From assembly GCA_046597055.1 (NCBI GenBank), contig JBKJLC010000280.1:1-10341 (forward strand): DNA of 10,341 nucleotides, read 5' to 3'. The first letter of the stretch is position 1. Every line of letters begins with the position of its first letter. The translations under genes were made by a program, and so were the position numbers. The DNA comes from Kofleriaceae bacterium (lineage in GTDB: Bacteria; Myxococcota_A; Polyangia; Haliangiales; Haliangiaceae). The notes below the pieces were generated by a model. That model did not search any database. It worked only from the letters and a program-made list of their open reading frames with translations, and had not been told where the DNA came from. Positions 1-6,373 of the stretch are shown in pieces.

Positions 1-105
1 GCGCCGAAGGCGCCGTGTCGAAGGGCAGAGCGCCAAGGTGCCGCACGTCGCTCCGACGGGCTGCCCTTCGACGGCGGGCTCGCGTGCGCTCGCCCTGGCG
101 CAGGG
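1..105. repeat. REP/REPIN-like inverted repeat pair (GTCGAAGGG / CCCTTCGAC core), probably truncated at the left window edge
   Basis: GTCGAAGGGCAG (17-28) is the exact reverse complement of CTGCCCTTCGAC (61-72). A GCGCC-GAA-GGCGC mini-hairpin lies at 1-13. The region is extragenic. Confidence 0.55.
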
Positions 106-287
106 CCACCGGGAAGATGTGTGGGATCCTGAGGGCAGCGGGCAGCGCTCACGATTGAGCCTATCGTGCAGGCCGCCGGCCAGGCCAGCTCCATCATCAT
201 GCACCCGGTCTTCAAGGCCTTTCGCCCGGGCGCGCCGGGCGCCCGCCACCGCCGCCGCGGCGCTCGGCCGCGCGTCGCGGCTCCCGC

Positions 288-475
288 GTGCCGAGCGCCA
301 GAGCGCCGAGCACCGGAGCGCCGAGGCGACGCGGAGGCCAGCACGTCGAACGCAGCCTCATCCGCAGCGACCCGCCGTGGCGACGCGCGCCGCCGCGGTC
401 AGCCCCGGCGCCGAGCCGACCTGGACGCCGGCACCTCGGCGCTCGGCACTCCGCACTCGGTCTCGGGACCTCGGA
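288..475. repeat. Two inverted arrays of degenerate 6-8-nt tandem repeats (CCGAGCG-type at 291-326; CTCGGCR-type at 435-475)
   Basis: Left units: CCGAGCG, CCAGAGCG, CCGAGCA, CCGGAGCG, CCGAGG. Right units: CTCGGCG, CTCGGCA, CTCCGCA, CTCGGT, CTCGGGA, CTCGGA. 288-299 pairs perfectly with 438-449, and 316-326 with 434-444. Confidence 0.55.
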
Positions 476-604
476 AGGCAAGCCGGGCTCGCGAGACGCC
501 GGCCGCGTCGCGCTGCACTTTCATCGGTGCCGATGGGCAGGATCATGAGCGCAGCACGGTGCCGAACGGGGGCTTCGACGGTCTGCCCTGTCGGCGTGGG
601 TCGC

Positions 605-632
605 GCTGTCCGGTCTCCGGACAGCTGTCCGG
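605..632. promoter_or_regulatory. Candidate upstream activator (enhancer) site for a sigma-54 enhancer-binding protein
   Basis: GCTGTCCGG-tct-CCGGACAGC (605-625) is a perfect 9-bp-arm inverted repeat containing TGT-N11-ACA. It overlaps the perfect 16-bp palindrome CCGGACAGCTGTCCGG (617-632) and lies ~90-115 bp upstream of the predicted sigma-54 start site. Confidence 0.6.
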
Positions 633-692
633 CCGGCGGACGCCGGTGGCCGGGACCCGGACGGCGTCGACGCCGATCCGCGGGCTTGCGCG

Positions 693-708
693 CGGCACGC
701 GGCTTGCG
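693..708 (+). promoter_or_regulatory. Sigma-54 (RpoN) -24/-12 promoter
   Basis: CGGCACG-CGGC-TTGCG matches the TGGCACG-N4-TTGC consensus with exact GG-N10-GC spacing (GG 694-695, GC 706-707). The predicted +1 near 719 falls just before the SD AAAGGAG (726-732) and ATG 742. Confidence 0.75.
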
Positions 709-741
709 ATGGGTCTGCTCACTCGAAAGGAGCGAGCTCAG

Positions 742-1041
742 ATGAACGCAAGCAATGTCGGAACTGTCAGTGGCAATCGACCCAAGATGTTCAAGGTGCT
801 GTGTCCGGTGGAACGCAAGGATGGAGGGACCTTCTGGATGCGGGTGGGATCGGCGTTCCCCAACAAGGACCAGTCGATCAACCTCTATCTCGACGCGCTG
901 CCGCTCGGTCACAACAAGCTGCAGATCCGGGAGATGGAGGACGAGGACTTCAATCGCGGGGGCAAGAAGCGCGATGGCGAGGCGCCGCCGAGCGCGAGCG
1001 CGGGGGCCGGCCCCGGCGGCACCGACGACCTCCCGTTCTGA
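742..1041 (+). CDS. Small (99 aa) hypothetical protein, putative single-stranded DNA-binding protein with SSB-like acidic C-terminal tip
   Basis: Strong SD AAAGGAG at 726-732 before ATG 742; the ORF-track extension from 166 is low-complexity and crosses the promoter. Beta-rich core FKVLCPVERKDGGTFWMRVGSAFPNKDQSINLYLDALP, then a Gly/Ala/Pro linker, ending DDLPF. The CDS is well supported; the function is inferred. Confidence 0.85.
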   Translation: MNASNVGTVSGNRPKMFKVLCPVERKDGGTFWMRVGSAFPNKDQSINLYLDALPLGHNKLQIREMEDEDFNRGGKKRDGEAPPSASAGAGPGGTDDLPF

Positions 1042-1086
1042 CCGGACCCTGGAACCAGCAAGGAACTGACGATGAAGGAGCGTGTC

Positions 1087-1521
1087 ATGGAGACAGGTGA
1101 GAGCGTGCAGAGTGGCAAGGGCGCGGCGCGGTGGCGGCGGGCGATGGCGTCGGCGGCGATGGCGGCCATGGTGGCGATGGCCGGGGTGACCTGGCTGTCG
1201 CCGCAGGTCGCGGCGGCGGCACCCAGGGCGCTGCCCGGGGTGGTGGCGACGCGGAGCACGGCCGAGCCACCGGCGGCGCGGGCGGGCAAGAAGGAGGTGG
1301 CCGGCAAGCTCAACCTCAACACGGCGACCGCCGATCAGCTGATGTTGCTGCCGGGGGTGGGCCCGTCGAAGGCGGAGCGGGTGGTGGCGTGGCGCGGGAA
1401 GCACGGGCCGTTCAAGCGGACCGCTGACCTGCGCAAGGTGAAGGGGTTCGGCTACAAGACACTCAAGAAGCTCGAGCCGTACCTGGACGTGAAGGGCGAC
1501 TCGACCCTGGCGGCCCGGTAG
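1087..1521 (+). CDS. comEA: ComEA-family helix-hairpin-helix DNA-binding/uptake protein (exported)
   Basis: C-terminal LNLNTATADQLMLLPGVGPSKAERVVAWR..GPFK..DLRKVKGFG is the tandem HhH of ComEA. The N-terminus is signal-peptide-like (RWRR, hydrophobic stretch, VAAAA). SD AAGGAG at 1075-1080 precedes ATG 1087; ATG 1072 is an alternative start. Confidence 0.88.
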   Translation: METGESVQSGKGAARWRRAMASAAMAAMVAMAGVTWLSPQVAAAAPRALPGVVATRSTAEPPAARAGKKEVAGKLNLNTATADQLMLLPGVGPSKAERVVAWRGKHGPFKRTADLRKVKGFGYKTLKKLEPYLDVKGDSTLAAR

Positions 1522-1548
1522 CGGCCGCGGCGGGCACCGTCGACCCGT

Positions 1549-1685
1549 CGCTGGCGGCGACGGCGGTGGCCACGGATCTCCCGGACGTGCCCGGGCTCGC
1601 GGAACCGGCGTCGCCCGAATCGACGTCGCCTGCGCGAGCCTCGGCCGCCCGGCCGGCTCCGTGGCCACCGCCGTCGCCGCCAGCG
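1549..1685. repeat. 137-bp element with perfect 28-bp terminal inverted repeats (MITE-like or long extragenic hairpin)
   Basis: CGCTGGCGGCGACGGCGGTGGCCACGGA (1549-1576) is the exact reverse complement of 1658-1685. Internal stems form at 1594-1601/1633-1640 and 1609-1613/1621-1625. CGT flanks both ends (1546-1548, 1686-1688). Confidence 0.8.
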
Positions 1686-1716
1686 CGTCCGATCACGGCC
1701 GCTCGAGCGAACGGGG

Positions 1717-1722
1717 TATGGT
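1717..1722 (+). promoter_or_regulatory. Putative -10 element (TATGGT) of a leaderless or near-leaderless M20 peptidase transcript
   Basis: TAnnnT hexamer 8 nt before ATG 1731, with no SD in between. Confidence 0.45.
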
Positions 1723-1730
1723 CCGCGCCG

Positions 1731-3074
1731 ATGGCCGTGCCCGCCCTGCCGCTCGACGCCGAGGAGATGTGCCAGCACCTGCTGCGCATCGACACCACCA
1801 ACCCGCCCGGCAACGAGCGGCCCGCGGCCGACTACCTCGCCGGCAAGCTGCGCGAGGTCGGCTACGAGGTCACCGTGGTCGAGGCGGCTCCGACCCGGGC
1901 CAACCTGGTCGCGCGCTACCGCGGCACCGGCCAGGCGGCGCCGCTCCTGCTGTCGGCGCACCTCGACGTGGTCGAGGCCGACGCCAGCAAGTGGAAGCAT
2001 CCGCCGTTCTCGGGCGTGATCGCCGACGGCTGCCTGTGGGGCCGGGGCGCGATCGACATGAAGAACATGGCGGCGATGTCGGTCGCGATCATGCGCAAGT
2101 TGGCGATCGAGAAGCCGGCGCTGGCGCGCGACGTGATCTTCGCGGGCGTCGCCGACGAGGAGGCCGGGTGCGATCACGGCTCGGCCTTCCTGGTCGATCA
2201 CCATCGCCACCTGGTCGAGGCCGAGTACGCGATCGGCGAGTCGGGCGGCTTCTCGCTCCACCTCGCCGGCACCACCTTCTACCCGGTGCAGGTGGCCGAG
2301 AAGGGCCTGTGCTGGGTGCGCGCGCGCTTCACCGGCGAGCCCGGTCACGGCTCGATGCCGCGGCGCGACAGCGCGGTGACCCGCATGAGCGAGGCGCTGG
2401 CCCGGCTTGGCTCGGCCCGGTTCCCGGTCCACGCGACCCAGTACGTCCGCGATTTCTTCGAGGCGGTCGCGGCCCGGCAGCCGCGCGCGGCCCAGCCGCT
2501 CCTGCGCCTGCTGACCCGGCCCGAGCTGCTGTCGCGGGTGCTGCGCCTGGTGCCCGACCTCGGCACCACCCGCAGCCTGAACGCGCTGCTCAGCAACACC
2601 GCGTCGGCGACCGTCGTGCGCGCCGGCAGCAAGACCAACGTCATCCCGGGCGTGGCCGAGGTCGAGATCGACGGGCGCACCCTGCCCGGCCAGACCGACG
2701 AGGATTTCCTGCGCGAGCTGCGCGCGATCCTCGGGCCCGACGTCGAGCTCGAGGTGATGCGGTCGGCGCCGCCGACGGTGACCGAGCCGGTGGCGTCGCC
2801 GCTCTACGACGTGATCGCCCGCCAGATCGTCGCCCGCGAGCCCGACGCGGTCGTGGTTCCGTACATGATCCCCGGCTTCACCGACGCCAAGCACTTCACC
2901 CGCATGGGCGCGCGCTGGTACGGGTTCTCGCCGGTGAAGATCGAGAAGGACGCCGGCATCAAGTTCGCCGACATGTTCCACGGCCACGACGAGCGCATCC
3001 CGGTCGCCGGGCTGCACTGGGGCGCCGAGGTCCTCGACGCGGTCGTGCGCGAGTTCAGCGGCGCTTCTTCGTGA
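1731..3074 (+). CDS. M20/M25/M40-family metallo-hydrolase (acetylornithine deacetylase/aminoacylase-like), 447 aa
   Basis: Motifs IDTTNPPGNE, SAHLDVV, WGRGAIDMK, ADEEAG, GHGS, GFTDA and HGHDERI are present. Start placed at ATG 1731 because the ORF-track start at 1566 lies inside the inverted-repeat element and adds only low-complexity sequence. Confidence 0.93.
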   Translation: MAVPALPLDAEEMCQHLLRIDTTNPPGNERPAADYLAGKLREVGYEVTVVEAAPTRANLVARYRGTGQAAPLLLSAHLDVVEADASKWKHPPFSGVIADGCLWGRGAIDMKNMAAMSVAIMRKLAIEKPALARDVIFAGVADEEAGCDHGSAFLVDHHRHLVEAEYAIGESGGFSLHLAGTTFYPVQVAEKGLCWVRARFTGEPGHGSMPRRDSAVTRMSEALARLGSARFPVHATQYVRDFFEAVAARQPRAAQPLLRLLTRPELLSRVLRLVPDLGTTRSLNALLSNTASATVVRAGSKTNVIPGVAEVEIDGRTLPGQTDEDFLRELRAILGPDVELEVMRSAPPTVTEPVASPLYDVIARQIVAREPDAVVVPYMIPGFTDAKHFTRMGARWYGFSPVKIEKDAGIKFADMFHGHDERIPVAGLHWGAEVLDAVVREFSGASS

Positions 3075-5061
3075 CCCGCGCGCGGACCGGGCCCGCCGGC
3101 GCAGCCTGATCAGGCGTCGCCGGGATCGCCGGTCCGGCGGCGGCCGCCGCCGCCGGACCGACCGGGGCCGGGCCCGCCGCGGCCGGGGCCGCCGCGGTGC
3201 CGCCATCGAGCTCGGGTCCCGCGTCGCGCACCACCGGCACGCCGGCGTCGCGCACCACCGGCACGCCGGCGTCGCGCACCGGCACGGTGGTGCCGCGGTC
3301 GAGCGCCGGTGGATCGAGCACGGCCCGGGTGATCACGAACGACAGGAGCGCGATCACGGCGGCCCCGACGATGATCGGCCACCACCGGCGCGCAGCGACG
3401 CCGCCAAACCCGGCGACCGGGGGCGTCGTGCTCGTTCGGGCGGCCGGTGGCGAGACCACCCGCGGCGTGGTCGGCGTCGCGCCGCGGCCGGTGCTCGGAT
3501 CGCGGCGCGCCGGCGCCGGGTCGCGCCGCTGCGACACCCCGGGCGGCGCGGCGGCCCCACCGAAGACCGGCGAGGGCCGCGGCGGGGTCGCGAAGCGCCG
3601 CGCCGCCTCGGGGCCACGGTCTGCGCCCGGCTCGCGCGGCGGCGGCACCGGCGGTGATGCATGAAGCGGGGCGCTGCCGCGTCCCGACGGCGGCGGGCCC
3701 TTGGGCCCGGCCGGGGGCAGCAGCGGGGTCTTCGGCGGGCTCGGCGGGAGTTGATCGAGCCGCGCGCCGGTTGGCGCCGGACGCGGCCGGCGGTCGGGCA
3801 GGCGCTCGGGCTCGAGCGGGGGCGCGGCGACGGTGAACTCGCCCGAGTCGCGCGACAGGTGCAGCGGGGCGCCCTCGGCGGTGACCTCGCCCGACCGGGG
3901 CCGGGCGCCGTCGGAGGTGACGTCCTCGGACGCCGCCCGCGGCAGGCGGGCCAGCCGGGTCTCTTCTTCCTCGAACCGGTCGATCACGCGGCGCGCGTTG
4001 ATGAGCCCGGTGCCATCGGGGTCCTGGGCGAACCCGTCGGCGGTGCGGATCCGGACCACGGTCGACTCGCCGCCCTCGAACCCGCCGGTCGAGGGCTTGA
4101 GGCGCCGCCCGCCGGCCTTGCCACGCGCGGCGACCCGCGCGTCCGCGTCGCGGTGCTGGCTCTGGGCGGTGATCACCAGGCGCGCGAGCGCCGCCGCCGG
4201 ATCGCCCTCGGCGCCGTCGAGCGTGTAGCGCAGGCCGCGCAGGCGCTTGCCGAGCTCGCCCGCCGATGGCAGCCGCTTGCGCGGATCCTTGGCCAGCGCC
4301 TCGACCAGGATCGCATCGAGATCGGCCGACAGGTCGGGGACCAGCTCGCGAACCCGCGCGATCGGCGACTCGCGCACGGCGCGCAGGGCGTCGAAGTCGG
4401 CCAGCCCGGAGAACAGCCGGCGCCCGGCCGCGAGCTCCCACATCATCACACCGACCGCGAAGACGTCGCTGCGCGCGTCGACCGGGCCGCCCGCGGCTTG
4501 CTCGGGCGACACGTAGCCGTAGCGGCCGCGCAGCCCGCCGGTCTGGGTGCCGTCCTCGGGGCGCTTGGCCAGCCCGAAGTCGGTCAGCTTGACCTCGCCG
4601 GCGCGCGACACCAGCACGTTGGTCGGCGTGACGTCGCGGTGCACCAGCCGCATGGGGCCGCCGTCGGGTCCCGGCGCCGCCTGCGCGTGATCGAGCGCCT
4701 CGCACACCTCGGCGCCGATGTGCAGGACCAGGTCGATCGGCATGCGCTGGCGCCGCGCCTCGATGCCCGACTGGAGCGAGCCCAGGTCGACGCCCTCGAC
4801 GAACTCCATGACCAGGAAGTGCTGGCCATCGTCGCCGAGCCCGACATCGAAGATCTGAACGATGTTGCGGTGGCGCAGGGCCGACAGGATCTTGGCCTCG
4901 GCGATCAGGGCCTCGACGAACCGGGGATCCTGGCTCAGGTGCGGGAGGATCCGCTTGATCGCCACCGGCTTCTCGAAGCCACCGGCCGCGATCGCCTTGC
5001 CCCGGAAGATCTCCGCGACGCGGCCCGCGCCGATGCGCTCGAGCAGCTCGTACCGCGTCAC
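3055..5061 (-). CDS. Membrane-anchored Hanks-type Ser/Thr protein kinase (Pkn-like), 668 aa
   Basis: YELLERIGAG, VAIK, HRNIVQIFD, HRDVTPTN, DFG, YVSPEQ and DARSDVFAVG motifs. A long Pro-rich linker precedes a TM segment (WWPIIVGAAVIALLSFVI) and a low-complexity tail. The 3' end overlaps the convergent peptidase by 20 nt. Confidence 0.92.
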   Translation of the reverse strand: MTRYELLERIGAGRVAEIFRGKAIAAGGFEKPVAIKRILPHLSQDPRFVEALIAEAKILSALRHRNIVQIFDVGLGDDGQHFLVMEFVEGVDLGSLQSGIEARRQRMPIDLVLHIGAEVCEALDHAQAAPGPDGGPMRLVHRDVTPTNVLVSRAGEVKLTDFGLAKRPEDGTQTGGLRGRYGYVSPEQAAGGPVDARSDVFAVGVMMWELAAGRRLFSGLADFDALRAVRESPIARVRELVPDLSADLDAILVEALAKDPRKRLPSAGELGKRLRGLRYTLDGAEGDPAAALARLVITAQSQHRDADARVAARGKAGGRRLKPSTGGFEGGESTVVRIRTADGFAQDPDGTGLINARRVIDRFEEEETRLARLPRAASEDVTSDGARPRSGEVTAEGAPLHLSRDSGEFTVAAPPLEPERLPDRRPRPAPTGARLDQLPPSPPKTPLLPPAGPKGPPPSGRGSAPLHASPPVPPPREPGADRGPEAARRFATPPRPSPVFGGAAAPPGVSQRRDPAPARRDPSTGRGATPTTPRVVSPPAARTSTTPPVAGFGGVAARRWWPIIVGAAVIALLSFVITRAVLDPPALDRGTTVPVRDAGVPVVRDAGVPVVRDAGPELDGGTAAAPAAAGPAPVGPAAAAAAGPAIPATPDQAAPAGPVRARVTKKRR
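3221..3286. repeat. In-frame 24-bp tandem repeat (2 exact copies + 1 partial) in the kinase C-terminal tail
   Basis: GCGTCGCGCACCACCGGCACGCCG at 3221-3244 and 3245-3268, plus a shortened copy at 3269-3286. Encodes (GVPVVRDA)n on the minus strand. Confidence 0.85.
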
Positions 5062-5067
5062 CGGCCG

Positions 5068-5076
5068 AAGCTACCA
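5068..5076 (-). promoter_or_regulatory. Putative extended -10 (TGgTAGCTT) of a leaderless kinase transcript
   Basis: The minus strand reads TGG-TAGCTT-cggccg-GTG(5061), with no SD. Confidence 0.5.
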
Positions 5077-5218
5077 TGGGGGCCCCCGGCTTCGGTGCGC
5101 TCGGGCTCCCCGCCCACGGCATCGCGCCCGACCGCCTGGTTCCCATGTCGAAGGGCCTGGCCGCGGGTGGGCTGATGGAGGTGCGAGCCGACCTCAGGTG
5201 GGGTCGGACCGGTTGCGG

Positions 5219-5224
5219 TATCTT
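5219..5224 (+). promoter_or_regulatory. Putative -10 (TATCTT) of a leaderless serine hydrolase transcript
   Basis: TATCTT-cgcccg-GTG(5231), in frame with the hydrolase ORF. Confidence 0.5.
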
Positions 5225-5230
5225 CGCCCG

Positions 5231-6352
5231 GTGATCGCGCCGCTCCCGGGAGATCCGATCGCCGCGATCGCGGACGCCCTCGACGCGGCAATCGCGGCCG
5301 GGGTGTGCTCGGCGGCGGCCGCGGCCACCGGCGACCGCGACCACGCCTGGACGTGGGTCCACGGCCACACCCGCGCGGCACCCACGCCGGGCCCGGCGAT
5401 CGCGCCGGCCTCGCCGTTCGACCTCGCGTCGCTGACCAAGCCGATGGCGACCGCCGCGATCGCGATGGTCCTGGTCGGCGACCGCCGGCTCGCGCTCGAC
5501 GCCCCGGCCGCGCGCTGGCTGCCGGTGCCGTCGCCTGACATCACGGTCGCCCACCTGCTGGGGCACGCCGCCGGCTACCCACCACACGTGAAGCTCTACG
5601 AACGCATCTGGGCCGGCGACCTCGACGGCGCGCCCGATGCCCGCGCGGCGCTGGTGACGATGGCGTGCACCACGCCGCTCGAGGCTGCGCCCGGGACCCG
5701 GGCCGCCTACAGCGACCTCGGCTACATCACGCTGGGCGCGCTGCTCGAGCGCGCGACCGACCGCAGCCTCGCCGAGCTGCTCGCGCTGGTGACCGCCCCG
5801 CTCGGCCTCGACGCCACCGGGTACGTCGACCTGACCGTGCCGCGGCCCGGCTTCGCGTCGGCCCCGGTCGCGACCGAGCTCGATGCGCGCCGCGGCCTGG
5901 TCGCCGGCGAGGTCCACGACGAGAACTGCCACGCCGGCGGCGGCATCGCCGGCCACGCCGGCCTGTTCGCTCCGATCGGCGACGTCGCCCGCTTCGCCGC
6001 CGCGCTCGCCCGCGCGGCCCACGAGCCGGTCGGTCGGTTGCGCCCCGACGTGGTGACTCGCTTCATCACCTGCGCGGCCGCGCCCGCCAGCTCGTGGCGG
6101 CTGGGCTGGGACACGCCCTCGCCGGTCGCGGGCGTCTCGCACGCGGGCGACGCCTGGCCGCGCACCCACGCGGTCGGCCACCTCGGCTTCACCGGCACCT
6201 CGATGTGGCTCGATCAAGCCCGCAGCCGGTGGGTCGTGCTGCTCACCAACCGCGTACATCCCAGCCGCGACCGACCCGCCGCCGTGCGGATCAAGGAGCT
6301 GCGCCGCTCGGTCGGCGACCTCGCCTGGTCGCTGCTCGAGCGGACCGCCTGA
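5231..6352 (+). CDS. Beta-lactamase-family (AmpC/esterase-like) serine hydrolase, 373 aa
   Basis: FDLASLTK (SxxK), LLGHAAG, YSDLGY (YxN-equivalent), GEVHDEN, AGHAGLF, GHLGFTGT and LLTNRVHP motifs. Start placed at GTG 5231 because the ORF-track start at 4862 overlaps the kinase. No signal peptide is evident. Confidence 0.9.
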   Translation: MIAPLPGDPIAAIADALDAAIAAGVCSAAAAATGDRDHAWTWVHGHTRAAPTPGPAIAPASPFDLASLTKPMATAAIAMVLVGDRRLALDAPAARWLPVPSPDITVAHLLGHAAGYPPHVKLYERIWAGDLDGAPDARAALVTMACTTPLEAAPGTRAAYSDLGYITLGALLERATDRSLAELLALVTAPLGLDATGYVDLTVPRPGFASAPVATELDARRGLVAGEVHDENCHAGGGIAGHAGLFAPIGDVARFAAALARAAHEPVGRLRPDVVTRFITCAAAPASSWRLGWDTPSPVAGVSHAGDAWPRTHAVGHLGFTGTSMWLDQARSRWVVLLTNRVHPSRDRPAAVRIKELRRSVGDLAWSLLERTA

Positions 6353-6373
6353 CCTCCGGGCCAAGGCCGCCGG

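Noticed and set aside
133..235. Peptide IMHPVFKAFRP, reminiscent of the C-terminal 'LRHPVF..R' motif of ATP-dependent DNA ligases
   Set aside because: Too short, with a stop at 130-132 and no other ligase motifs nearby. It cannot be distinguished from chance without a TBLASTN search.
288..475. Possible CRISPR array or tRNA/riboswitch in the upstream non-coding region
   Set aside because: Repeat units are 6-8 nt with no unique spacers, no cas genes are present, and I see no cloverleaf or recognisable riboswitch consensus.
166..741. N-terminal 192-codon extension of the 166..1041 ORF, and ORF 38..745
   Set aside because: Arg/Ala/Pro-rich translation of repeat DNA that runs through the palindrome and sigma-54 promoter. 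The strong SD at 726-732 marks ATG 742 as the real start.
1566..1730. Longer N-terminus for the M20 peptidase
   Set aside because: It begins inside the 28-bp inverted-repeat element and encodes only Pro/Ala-rich sequence. Family similarity starts after ATG 1731.
1452..3206. 584-aa minus-strand ORF, and similarly 358..1668, 1661..3109, 3661..5175 and 8242..9972
   Set aside because: Antisense or alternate-frame shadows of well-supported genes, caused by stop-codon scarcity at high GC.
5231..6352. Calling the serine hydrolase an antibiotic-resistance beta-lactamase
   Set aside because: No signal peptide, and the YSD and HLG motifs fit the broad esterase/amidase members of the family. Resistance is not supported.
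3110..6364. 1084-aa minus-strand ORF
   Set aside because: Shadow frame: antisense to the serine hydrolase and out of frame with the kinase. Arg/Gly/Pro-rich with no motifs, as expected in high-GC DNA.
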